Below, piece after piece: positions 51,112 through 61,230 of a stretch of DNA of 64,000 nt; position 1 is the first letter of the stretch; every line of letters starts with the position of its first letter. This DNA is from Allosphingosinicella sp. (GTDB lineage Bacteria; Pseudomonadota; Alphaproteobacteria; Sphingomonadales; Sphingomonadaceae). The translations under genes and the position numbers were made by a program. The stretch is from contig DASVVM010000017.1 of assembly GCA_036386555.1 (NCBI GenBank), positions 10,697 to 74,696 on the forward strand. The letters run 5' to 3'. A model generated the notes under the pieces. The model made no database searches and was not told the origin of the DNA. It worked only from the letters and a program-made list of their open reading frames with translations.

Positions 51112-52017
51112 ATGAGCGCGCCCGAGCTTCATCCCAGGCCCATCATCCCCTTCGCGGTCGCGACGGCGGGAATTGCGCTCTTCTCGACCATGGACGCACT
51201 CATGAAGGGCCTGTCGCTCGCCATCGGCACCTATAACGCTTTGCTTTGGCGGACCCTTGCGGGGGCCGCCATCGGCGGGGCCGTCTTCTTCCTTCGCCGG
51301 TCGCCGCGCCCGGGCCGGGCCGCGCTCAGGGTGCACCTCATTCGCGGAATCATGGGCAGCGTCATGGCGATGACCTTCTTCTGGGGACTGGCGCGGGTGC
51401 CGATGGCCCAGGCGATAGCGCTGGCCTTCGTGGCGCCCCTCATCGCCCTCTATCTCGCCGCGGTGATGCTCAAGGAGCGGATCGAGCGGGCCGCCATCCT
51501 CGCCTCGCTGCTCGGCTTCGCCGGGGTCGTCGTCATCCTCGCCGGCCAGGCTCAGGCCGAGCTCGGCCGGGAGGCGCTGCTCGGTTCGCTCTCCATTCTC
51601 GTCTCGGCCGGCCTCTACGGCTGGAACATCATCCTGATGCGTCAGCAGGCGCAGCTCGCCGGGCCGGTCGAGATCGCCTTCTTCACCGCCCTGATCATGA
51701 CCTTGTGCTTCGTCCTTGCAGCGCCCTTCCTCGCCACTCCACCGCCGCCGGCGCAGGTGCCCGCGATCCTGGCAGCCGCCGCGCTCGCCTTCGGATCGCT
51801 GATGCTCCTGTCCTGGGCCTATGCCCGCGCCGAGGCTCAGCGGCTCGCGCCGGTCGAATATACCGGCTTCCTGTGGGCGGCGATCTTCGGCTGGCTGGTC
51901 TTCGCCGAGCCGATCCAGCCGCTCACCCTGGTCGGAGCGGCGATGATCGTCGTCGCCTGCTGGGTCGCGACGAGGCCGAGCCGGGCGCCGATGCCCGCGG
52001 TCGAGGCGGGCGCCTGA
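51112..52017 (+). CDS. DMT/EamA family transporter
   Basis: About ten TMs in two EamA repeats. Confidence 0.88.
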   Translation: MSAPELHPRPIIPFAVATAGIALFSTMDALMKGLSLAIGTYNALLWRTLAGAAIGGAVFFLRRSPRPGRAALRVHLIRGIMGSVMAMTFFWGLARVPMAQAIALAFVAPLIALYLAAVMLKERIERAAILASLLGFAGVVVILAGQAQAELGREALLGSLSILVSAGLYGWNIILMRQQAQLAGPVEIAFFTALIMTLCFVLAAPFLATPPPPAQVPAILAAAALAFGSLMLLSWAYARAEAQRLAPVEYTGFLWAAIFGWLVFAEPIQPLTLVGAAMIVVACWVATRPSRAPMPAVEAGA

Positions 52018-52334
52018 TGGCTTGGCTGCTCCTCATCCTCGGCGGACTCTTCGAGGTCGGCTTCACCACCTGCCTCCGCTTCGTCGACGGCTTCCGGAAC
52101 CTGCCCTGGACGCTCGGATTCCTCGCCTCCGTGACCTTGTCCATGGGCTTGCTGGAGCGCGCCGCCCGCGACATCCCGATGGGCACCGCCTACGCGATCT
52201 GGGGCGGGATCGGCGCGGCGGGGACGGTGCTGGTCGGGATTCTCTGGTTCGGCGAGCCGGTCAATTCGATCCGGATCCTCCTCCTCCTCGCGCTCATCGC
52301 CTGCATCGTCGGGCTGAGGCTGACCGCCGGATGA
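52017..52334 (+). CDS. SMR family (SugE/Gdx-like) transporter
   Basis: MAWLLLILGGLFEVGF, IPMGTAYAIWGGIG. Confidence 0.88.
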   Translation: MAWLLLILGGLFEVGFTTCLRFVDGFRNLPWTLGFLASVTLSMGLLERAARDIPMGTAYAIWGGIGAAGTVLVGILWFGEPVNSIRILLLLALIACIVGLRLTAG

Positions 52335-52717
52335 GCTTCGACGAAGGCCTCTACGCCTGGGTGCAGGAGGCTTTGGAGCCGCTGGGGGCGGTCACCATGA
52401 GGAAGATGATGGGCGGTGCGACGCTCTACCTCGACGGCACGGTGTTCGCGATCCTCGACGAGGGCGAGATCTGGCTCAAGGCGGATGGCGAGAGCGACGC
52501 GATCTGGGACGCCGAGGGGTGCGAGAAGTTCAGCGTGACCTTCAAGGACGGCAAGGTCGACACCATGAACTACCGCCGGGCGCCCCAGGACGTCTACGAC
52601 GATCCCGACGCGATGCGGCGCTGGGCCGCGCTGGCGGTGGAGGCGGGGGCGCGGGGCGCGGCGAGGAAGCGGCCCAGATCGTCATTCCGGCGAAAGCCGG
52701 GACCTCCGGCCGGATAA
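52331..52717 (+). CDS. TfoX/Sxy N-terminal domain protein
   Basis: RKMMGGATLY.DG..FA; last ~12 codons lie inside a family C repeat. Confidence 0.85.
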   Translation: MSFDEGLYAWVQEALEPLGAVTMRKMMGGATLYLDGTVFAILDEGEIWLKADGESDAIWDAEGCEKFSVTFKDGKVDTMNYRRAPQDVYDDPDAMRRWAALAVEAGARGAARKRPRSSFRRKPGPPAG

Positions 52718-52762
52718 GGCTCGGCGGGCCTCCCCGAGATCCCGGCTTCCGCCGGGATGACG
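52680..52762. repeat. Family C REP-like element overlapping the TfoX 3' end
   Basis: cgtcattccggcgaaagccgggacctc...gatcccggcttccgccgggatgacg. Confidence 0.85.
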
Positions 52763-52765
52763 GGA

Positions 52766-53620
52766 TCAGATGTCCGGCAGGGACTGATCGCTCACCCCCC
52801 AGCCGCGCAGCCTGCGGGCCCGCTGCTTCGCTTCGGCGATGTCTGCGAACGTCATCGCGACGGCGCTCCGGGCCTTCTCGAACTCGTCCCAGTTCACCGG
52901 CGTCGCCACCGGCGCGCCTTCCCGGGCCCGCAGCGACCAGGGCATGATCGCCGTCGCGGTGCGTTGATTGCGCAGGTAATCGAGGAAGATCCGGCCGCCC
53001 CGCTCCTTCTTGGGCAGAGCCACCGTGAACCGGTCGGGAAGCAGGCCGGCGAGCGCGGCGCAGAAGCGGCTGGCGAAGGCGCGCACCGAGTCCCAGCCCG
53101 CCTCGGGCCGGATCGGAACGACGACGTGGGCGCCCTTGCCGCCGGTGAGCAGCGGCCAGCTTTCGAGACCGATCGCGGCCAGCGACTGACGGATCTGCGA
53201 CGCCCCGTCGCGTACCTGGGCGAATCCGACCCCTTCGCCCGGATCGAGGTCGATCGCGATCCGGTCGGGCCGCTCCAGATCGTCGACCCGGCAGCCCCAG
53301 GCATGGAATTCGATGGCCTTCGCCTCGACGCAGGCGATTATGCCTTCGACGTCGTCGACATGGAGATAGGATTCGGTCCGCCCGTTCTTCTGTACGATCG
53401 GGACCTGCCGGATCGGCGGTCGGAAGAAGCCCTCGCCGGTCGGCGGATGGTCGCGGTTGCGCTGGAAGAAGCAGCGTTCTCCCGAGCATCGGAACAGGTT
53501 CAGGGGCCGCCGCTCCAGGAACGGCAGCATCAGCGGTCCCGCGGCGCGATAATAAGCGGCCAGCGCCTCGCGCGGCGGCAGCTCGGGCCGCGGATAGACC
53601 GGTTCGGAAAAGCGGGTCAC
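52766..53620 (-). CDS. Stand-alone LigD polymerase (AEP primase-polymerase) domain
   Basis: RPLNLFRC, FFQRN, EFH, DLDPGEG, TGGKGAH, IFLDYLRNQR, PWSLRAR. Confidence 0.88.
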   Translation of the reverse strand: MTRFSEPVYPRPELPPREALAAYYRAAGPLMLPFLERRPLNLFRCSGERCFFQRNRDHPPTGEGFFRPPIRQVPIVQKNGRTESYLHVDDVEGIIACVEAKAIEFHAWGCRVDDLERPDRIAIDLDPGEGVGFAQVRDGASQIRQSLAAIGLESWPLLTGGKGAHVVVPIRPEAGWDSVRAFASRFCAALAGLLPDRFTVALPKKERGGRIFLDYLRNQRTATAIMPWSLRAREGAPVATPVNWDEFEKARSAVAMTFADIAEAKQRARRLRGWGVSDQSLPDI

Positions 53621-55170
53621 AATCCCCTTGAGGATAGCCGCGCGGGCCTCATCAGCGGCGCCACCTCCGGGCTGTCCTCGATCGAGGGAAGGAAGCGCGG
53701 CTCGATCCGCTTCCTCGACGCCTGCTCATAGGCATAGCCGAGCGACAGGATCATCCCGTCGGACCATTTCGGGCCGATGAAGCTCAGGCCCACGGGAAGC
53801 CCCTTCACATGGCCCATCGGAACGGTGAGGTGCGGATAGCCCGCGACCGCGGCGAAGCCGCCGGCGCCTCCGCCGGAAATCTGGTCGCCGTTGACCGCGT
53901 CGATCGGCCAGGCCGGAGGCATGGTGGGTCCGACGAGGGCGACGACATTGTTGTCCTTGAGCATCTTGTCGATGCCCTCCGCCCCGGCCAGCCTCAGGCT
54001 CGTTTCCCGCGCCTTCCTGTAATCGGGGTCGTCGAGGCCCTTGGTCTTCTCCGCCTGCTCGAACGTGTCCTGGCCGAACAAGGCGAGCTCGCGCGCCGAG
54101 CCCTTGTTGAAGGCGATGACCTCGGCAAGGGTCCTGGTCCTGACGGTCGGTGGGGTGGTCGCGAGATAGGCGTTCAAATCGGCCTTGAGCTCGGTGAGAA
54201 GGACCTTGAACTCGCCCTGGCCCATTTCGGGCTTCCGGTCGAACTTGGCGATCTCGACCAACACCGCGCCCTGGGCCCTCAGCGTTTGAAGCGCAGCCTC
54301 GAACGGCCCGTCGGTGCCGAAGCCGCTGGCGAAGCGCATCACGCCGATCCTCTTCCCGCGCAGCGAATCGGCCGCGAGCCCGGCCGCGTAATCGGAGCGG
54401 CGCGAATCCGCCTCGCGGGTCTGCGGGTCGGCCGGGTCGCTTCCGGCGATCGCGGAGAGCACGAGGGCGGCGTCGCGCACCGTCCGGGTCATCGGCCCGG
54501 GCGTGTCCTGGCTGTGGCTGATCGGGATGACGTGGGTGCGGCTGACCAGGCCTACGGTCGGCTTGAAGCCGACGATGCCGTTGATCGCGGCCGGGCAGGT
54601 GATCGATCCGTCCGTCTCGGTGCCGATGGCCGCGGGCACCATCCCGGCCGCGACCGCCGAGCCGCTGCCGGTGCTCGATCCGCAGCCGTTGCGGTTGAGC
54701 GCATGGGGGTTGCGGGTCTGGCCTCCCACCGCGCTCCAGCCCGAGATGCTGTCGTTGTCCCGGATGTTCGCCCATTCCGACAAATTGGCCTTGCCGACGA
54801 TCACTGCGCCGGCCTGCCGAAGCCGGGCCACGAGAGGCGCGTCGCGGTTGGTCACGTTCTGCGCCAGCGCAAGGCTCCCCGCCGTGGTGGGCAGCGGCCC
54901 TATGGTTTCGATATTGTCCTTGATCAGAATCGGCATCCCGAACAGCGGCCCGCGCGCGCGCCGGATCCGGTCCAGGGTCCGCGCCTGGTCGAGCGCGGTC
55001 GGATCGACGGCGATGACGGCGTTGATCCGCGGATTGAGCGCCTTGATCCGCTTCAGCGCCGCCTTGGTGTTGGCGGTGGCGGATTCCGACGAGCTGAATT
55101 CCGGCCCCCGCTGGGCGGACGCGGCGGTGGCGAGCAGGGCAAGGGCGAGGACGGGGGCGGTGCGGCGCAT
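53617..55170 (-). CDS. Secreted amidase (amidase signature family)
   Basis: Signal peptide; [33 protein letters not shown]. Confidence 0.92.
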   Translation of the reverse strand: MRRTAPVLALALLATAASAQRGPEFSSSESATANTKAALKRIKALNPRINAVIAVDPTALDQARTLDRIRRARGPLFGMPILIKDNIETIGPLPTTAGSLALAQNVTNRDAPLVARLRQAGAVIVGKANLSEWANIRDNDSISGWSAVGGQTRNPHALNRNGCGSSTGSGSAVAAGMVPAAIGTETDGSITCPAAINGIVGFKPTVGLVSRTHVIPISHSQDTPGPMTRTVRDAALVLSAIAGSDPADPQTREADSRRSDYAAGLAADSLRGKRIGVMRFASGFGTDGPFEAALQTLRAQGAVLVEIAKFDRKPEMGQGEFKVLLTELKADLNAYLATTPPTVRTRTLAEVIAFNKGSARELALFGQDTFEQAEKTKGLDDPDYRKARETSLRLAGAEGIDKMLKDNNVVALVGPTMPPAWPIDAVNGDQISGGGAGGFAAVAGYPHLTVPMGHVKGLPVGLSFIGPKWSDGMILSLGYAYEQASRKRIEPRFLPSIEDSPEVAPLMRPARLSSRGL

Positions 55171-55238
55171 GTTTGCGACTCTCCTGGAATTTTCCGTTCC
55201 GATGCCGCCTCTTGAGCGTCGCGTCCAGCCGTCGCCTC

Positions 55239-55371
55239 TTAAATCCTCCCCTGCATTTGCAGGGGAGGGGGGCCATGCGAAGCATGGTGGAGGGGCCTTA
55301 CGGAGTTCGAAGAACCCCTCCACCGCGCTCCGCGCGGTCCCCCTCCCCCGGGAAACCGGGGGAGGAATTAA
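55239..55371. repeat. Family A palindromic element
   Basis: ttaaatcctcccc...ggggaggaattaa between the divergent amidase and hisS. Confidence 0.9.
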
Positions 55372-55418
55372 GGGGCGCATGCCTTCCCCCGCCCCGCAAA
55401 AATGCTAAGGCCCCGCCG

Positions 55419-56659
55419 ATGAGCAAGGGCCCGCAAAGGATCAGAGGTACCCAGGACATCTGGGGTGAGGACGCCGACCGCTTCCAAACGGTCGTCGCGG
55501 CGTTCGAGCGCGTCCGCAGGCTGTACGGCTTCGGACGGGTCGAGATGCCGGTGTTCGAGAGCACCGCCGTCTTCGCCCGCTCGATCGGCGAGACCACCGA
55601 CATCGTCTCGAAGGAAATGTACAGCTTCGAGGACCGCGGCGGCGACAGCCTCACCTTGAGGCCCGAGTTCACCGCCGGAATCTGCCGCGCCTATCTGTCG
55701 GAAGGCTGGCAGCAGAATGCGCCGGTCAAGATCGCCACCCACGGCCCCGCCTTCCGCTACGAGCGGCCGCAGAAAGGCCGCTACCGCCAGTTCCATCAGC
55801 TCGACGCCGAGATCATCGGCGCCGGCGAGCCCGCGTCCGACGTCGAGCTGATCGCCATGGGTGCGCAGCTGCTCGCCGAGCTCGGCATCGGCGAGCGGGT
55901 CGACCTCAAGCTCAACACGCTCGGCGATCCCGCCACCCGCGACTCCTGGCGGGCCGCCCTGGTTGATTATTTTCAGGATCACCGGGGCGACTTCTCCGCC
56001 GAGAGCCGGGCCCGGCTCGAGAAGAACCCGCTGCGGATCCTCGACAGCAAGGAGCATCAGGACTGGCCCATCGTCGACTCATCGCCGGCGGTCGACGATT
56101 TCCTGACCCCGGAAGCCTCCGACTATTTCGCCAGGGTGACCGCCGGCCTCGACTCCGCCGGGATCGTCTGGAAGCGCGACCCGCGCCTCGTCCGGGGCCT
56201 CGACTATTACCGCCATACCGCCTTCGAGTTCGTCACCGAGGATCTGGGAGCGCAGAGCGCGGTGATCGCCGGCGGCCGCTATGACGGGCTGATGGAGAGC
56301 CTCGGCGGTCCGCACACGCCCGCGGTCGGCTGGGCGGCGGGAATCGAGCGGCTGGGGATGCTGATCGAGCCCCCCCTCAGGCCGGGCGTCGACGCCGCTC
56401 TGGTGCCGCTCGGACCGGCGGCGGAGACCGCCGCGGTCGGCCTCGTCGCCCAGCTCCGCCGCGCCGGGATCGCGTGCGAGATGGCCTACAAAGGCAATAT
56501 GAAGAAGCGGATGCAAAAGGCGGATTCGAGCGGCGCCCGCTACGCCGTCATCCTCGGCGACGATGAGCTCGCTCGTGGCGAGGCGGCGGTGAAGGATTTG
56601 TGGTCGGGCGAGCAGAGGAATGTGGCTCTGACGCAATTGGCCGAGGCAGTGCGCCCGCA

Positions 56660-56663
<4 letters not shown>
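55419..56663 (+). CDS. hisS: Histidine--tRNA ligase
   Basis: [36 protein letters not shown]. Confidence 0.98.
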
Positions 56664-57728
<1,065 letters not shown>

Positions 57729-57739
<11 letters not shown>

Positions 57740-58691
57740 TCCTCCCCATGGGGCGGAGCTCCATGGGGAGGGGGACCGCGCCAAGCGCGGTGGAGGGGCG
57801 GACGGCGTCGGCAAGGCCCCTCCATCGGACGTCGTCCGGTCCCCCTCCTCATCGCCTTCGGCGCCAGGGGGGACGAGCATTGCGGCCGACCTCGCGGCGG
57901 CGGCCTCCACCCTCGCCCCGCACAGCGACACCCCCCGTCTCGATGCGGAGCTGCTCATGGCCCATGCACTGGGAGTCGAACGCGAGACCATGCTGCTGCG
58001 CGGGCTGGACCGCGAGCCGCCTCCCGCCTTCGCCGCCCTCCTCGCCCGTCGCGAGGCCGGCGAGCCCGTCGCCTACATCACCGGTCGCCGGGGCTTCTGG
58101 ACGATCGAGATGGAGGTCGGCCCGGGAGTCCTCGTCCCCAGGCCCGACAGCGAAAGCCTGATCGAGGCCGCGCTGTCGCATTTCGGTCCGGCCGGCCCGA
58201 AGCGGATCCTCGACCTCGGCACCGGCCCCGGCACGCTGCTGCTCGCCGCCCTCGATCAGTGGCCCGGCGCGACCGGCCTGGGGATCGACTGTTCCGAAGC
58301 CGCGCTCGGCTATGCCTGCCGCAACGCCGAGCGGTTCGGCCTGTCCGGCCGGGCGGATTTCAGGAAAGGCGATTGGGCGGAGGGGGTGGAGGAGCGCTTC
58401 GACCTCATCCTGTGCAACCCGCCCTATGTCGCGAGCGGCGCCGATCTTCCCCGCGACGTGGCCGAGTGGGAGCCGCCCGAAGCCTTGTTCGCAGCCGCCG
58501 ACGGCCTCTCCGAATATCGCCGCCTCGCCCCTCAAATCCCCCTGTTGCTCGCCCCGGGCGGTCTCGCCTGTCTCGAACTCGGGGCCGGCCAGCGCGAGGC
58601 CGTGGCGGATTTGTTCGAGGGTTCGGGATTAACCCTATCCTCACGCAAGGACCTTAAGAATATCGAGCGCTGCCTGCTGCTAAGCCGTTAA
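57729..58691 (+). CDS. prmC: Release factor glutamine methyltransferase with repeat-derived N-terminal extension
   Basis: RLDAELL, GEPVAYI, VPRPDSE, LDLGTG, NPPY; first 48 codons run through a family A element. Confidence 0.93.
57738..57875. repeat. Degenerate family A element within the prmC reading frame
   Basis: aatcctcccc..ggggagggggacc..ggtggagggg..cccctccatc..ggtccccctcctc..ggggggac; right arms mutated. Confidence 0.85.
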
Positions 58692-58952
58692 TCCACGTCA
58701 TCATCTTTCCGCTTGGATTTCGTTGCGGGCATAGCTACATAGGGGTTCAGGGACGGGGCACTTCACAGCGAAACATGCGTGAGGCCATCCGTCGCCGACC
58801 CCCGATTGCTTAGACGTCTCAGGACGTTCGCAGCGTGAGGTGGCGGAGGCCGCGTGCGCGGCCCTGCCCGGGTGTCGTGCTTAAATAAGCGGCCGGGAGG
58901 GGCCCGGTTGTCACGGTGGCGTGAATAGGACCACGAGGACGAGGACCTACAT

Positions 58953-59717
58953 TTGATAAACAATCGTCAGAACGGCCGCCGTCGCGGCCGCGGCGGCAGC
59001 GGACCCCGTTCGCCGAACCAATCGCCCAATGTGGGCAACCGGCAGGACAACCGCTCGCGCGGCAATGCCGCCCAGCTGCTTGAGAAATACAAGTCGCTGG
59101 CCCGCGACGCCCAGCTTCAGGGCGACCGTGTGCAGTCGGAATATTGGCTGCAGTTCGCCGAGCATTATTATCGCGTCTTGAACGAGAACCGAGCCCGCTT
59201 CGAGGAGCAGCGCCGGACCCGCGACGATTACGGGTCCGACGAGGACGAGGATCAGGACGATTCGATGGCCGCCGAGGGCGACGACGGCGACGAGGATGAA
59301 GGCGACCGCCACATCCGCGACGACCGTGGCAATCGCGACGATCGCGGCAATCGCGAAGATCGCGGCAACCGCGAAGACCGCGGCTACCGCACGGAGCGGG
59401 CCGAGCGTCCGGAGCGCAACGACCGCCCGGAGCGCAACGACCGTCCGGAGCGCGCCGAGCAGCCGGAACGTCCGCGCCGTGAATTCCAGGCTCGCGAGGA
59501 GCGCAACGGCGAGCGCCGGCCGGAGGGCCTGCGTCCGCGTCGCGAACGCCCGGAGCCCCGGGTGCAGGCGCAAAACGACTCCGACGAGCGCATTTCGCTC
59601 GACGTGCTTCCGCCGGCGATCGCGGTGATCGAAGGCGACGCTCCGGCCAAGGCGCCGCGCCGCCGGACCCGCCGCCCCCGCGAGGACGGCGACGCGGACA
59701 TCGCTCCCGCGGCCTGA
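58953..59717 (+). CDS. DUF4167 domain protein with charged low-complexity tail
   Basis: TTG start after GAGGA; RGNAAQLLEKYKSLARDA...EYWLQFAEHYYR. Confidence 0.88.
   Translation: MINNRQNGRRRGRGGSGPRSPNQSPNVGNRQDNRSRGNAAQLLEKYKSLARDAQLQGDRVQSEYWLQFAEHYYRVLNENRARFEEQRRTRDDYGSDEDEDQDDSMAAEGDDGDEDEGDRHIRDDRGNRDDRGNREDRGNREDRGYRTERAERPERNDRPERNDRPERAEQPERPRREFQAREERNGERRPEGLRPRRERPEPRVQAQNDSDERISLDVLPPAIAVIEGDAPAKAPRRRTRRPREDGDADIAPAA
59316..59470 (+). repeat. Coding 18-bp tandem repeats (R(D/E)DRGN x4; ERNDRP-like x3-4)
   Basis: cgcgacgaccgtggcaat-like and gagcgcaacgaccg(c/t)ccg-like units. Confidence 0.8.
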
Positions 59718-59740
59718 GCTAAGGCACTTGCAGGAGAGAG

Positions 59741-59770
59741 AGTGGCGGTCCCGGAAGGGCCGCCGCTTTC
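59741..59770 (+). terminator. Probable intrinsic terminator
   Basis: gtggcggtccc-ggaa-gggccgccgc followed by a short T tract. Confidence 0.6.
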
Positions 59771-59845
59771 GTTCAGCGTCAACGCGGTTGACGATCAGGT
59801 GACATTGTAACATTCTCCGGGCCGAAGAAGCCAGGGAGCCTGTCC

Positions 59846-61222
59846 ATGCGTCGCCCGATCCTCCTGCTCGCCGCCTGCCTCGCAGCTCCGGCCTTCGGGC
59901 AGGCCGCCCAGAGCGACCTCAAGGTCACCGTCTACAACCAGAATCTGGCGCTGGTTCAGGACACCCGCCAGCTGAGCCTCCCGGCGGGCCGCTCGAGGCA
60001 GGAATTTCCCAACGTGTCCGGGCAGATCAGCGCCGAGACCGTTACTCTGAGCGGATCCGATGTCGGCGTCATCGAGCAGAATTTCGATTTCGACCTGCTC
60101 TCGCCTTCCAAGCTGATGGAGAAAGCGGTCGGCGAGACCATCACCCTGGTGCGCACCAATCCGGCCACCGGCGCGGAGCAGAGGGAGCGGGCCAGGGTGC
60201 TCGCGGTCAACGGCGGGGTCGTCCTCCAGATCGGCGAGCGGATCGAGGTGCTTCGCGACGACGGCCTTCCGGTCCGGGTCATCTTCGACCGGGTGCCGGA
60301 AAACCTGCGCGCCCGGCCGACCTTGTCGGTGACCGTCGAGGCTGCCCGGGCCGGGGCCCGGCCGGTGACCTTGAGCTACCTTACCCCCGGCATGGGCTGG
60401 AAAGCCGATTACGTCACGCTGTTCGACGAGGCGGCGGGCCGGATCGACGTTCAGGGCTGGGTTACCCTCACCAACACCACCGGCACCACCTTCACCAACG
60501 CAGACACGCTGCTCGTCGCCGGCAATATTGCCGGCCGCGGCGAGAGCTATGACAACCGAAGCTACCGCCGGCCCCCGCCTCCGGGGAACCGTCCGGGAAC
60601 GGAAACTCCGGATCGCGAGAGCCTCGGCGATTTCTACCTCTATCCGCTGAAAGAGCGTACCACGATCGCCAACCAGCAGACCAAGCAGGTGAGCTTCCTC
60701 GACGTCAGCGCCGCCGCGGCGCGCCGCGCCTATGTCTATCGCAATCCCTGGCTCGGGGCCCGCGACAATGGCGGGAGCGCCGACACCGTCCTGCAATTCT
60801 CGAGCTCGCGCGACCAGGGCCTGGGCGATGCGCTCCCGGCCGGCACGGTCCGGGTCTATCAGAAGGACGCGCGCGGCAACGCCCAGTTCGTCGGGGAGAA
60901 CCAGATCGGCCACACGCCGATGGGATCGGACATCGCGATCAAGACCGGCGAGGCCTTCGACGTGAAGGTGCAGCCGGTCGTCGTCAGCCGCGAGAAGATG
61001 AGCAGCAGCCGCTGGCGGACCGCGATGCGCTACACGCTGACCAACGCGAAGCCGCAGCCCGTCGTCGTCGATCTCATCCAGGACGGCCTCTGGGGCGATG
61101 TCCGAATCGTCGAGCAGAGCCAGCCGGGCGAGCGGCGCTCCGCCGACGACGTCCTCTGGCGGGTCTCCGTTCCGGCCAATGGCGAGGCCGTCGTCACCGC
61201 CACGTTCGACTCGCGCTACTGA
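59846..61222 (+). CDS. DUF4139 domain secreted protein
   Basis: Signal peptide; VTVYNQNLALV, EQNFDFDLLS, LSYLT.GMGWKADY, LPAGTVRVY. Confidence 0.88.
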   Translation: MRRPILLLAACLAAPAFGQAAQSDLKVTVYNQNLALVQDTRQLSLPAGRSRQEFPNVSGQISAETVTLSGSDVGVIEQNFDFDLLSPSKLMEKAVGETITLVRTNPATGAEQRERARVLAVNGGVVLQIGERIEVLRDDGLPVRVIFDRVPENLRARPTLSVTVEAARAGARPVTLSYLTPGMGWKADYVTLFDEAAGRIDVQGWVTLTNTTGTTFTNADTLLVAGNIAGRGESYDNRSYRRPPPPGNRPGTETPDRESLGDFYLYPLKERTTIANQQTKQVSFLDVSAAAARRAYVYRNPWLGARDNGGSADTVLQFSSSRDQGLGDALPAGTVRVYQKDARGNAQFVGENQIGHTPMGSDIAIKTGEAFDVKVQPVVVSREKMSSSRWRTAMRYTLTNAKPQPVVVDLIQDGLWGDVRIVEQSQPGERRSADDVLWRVSVPANGEAVVTATFDSRY

Positions 61223-61230
61223 TCCGGGCG

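Noticed and set aside
51960-52017. Guanidine riboswitch before the SugE-like gene
   Set aside because: The gene overlaps the upstream DMT stop codon, leaving no leader
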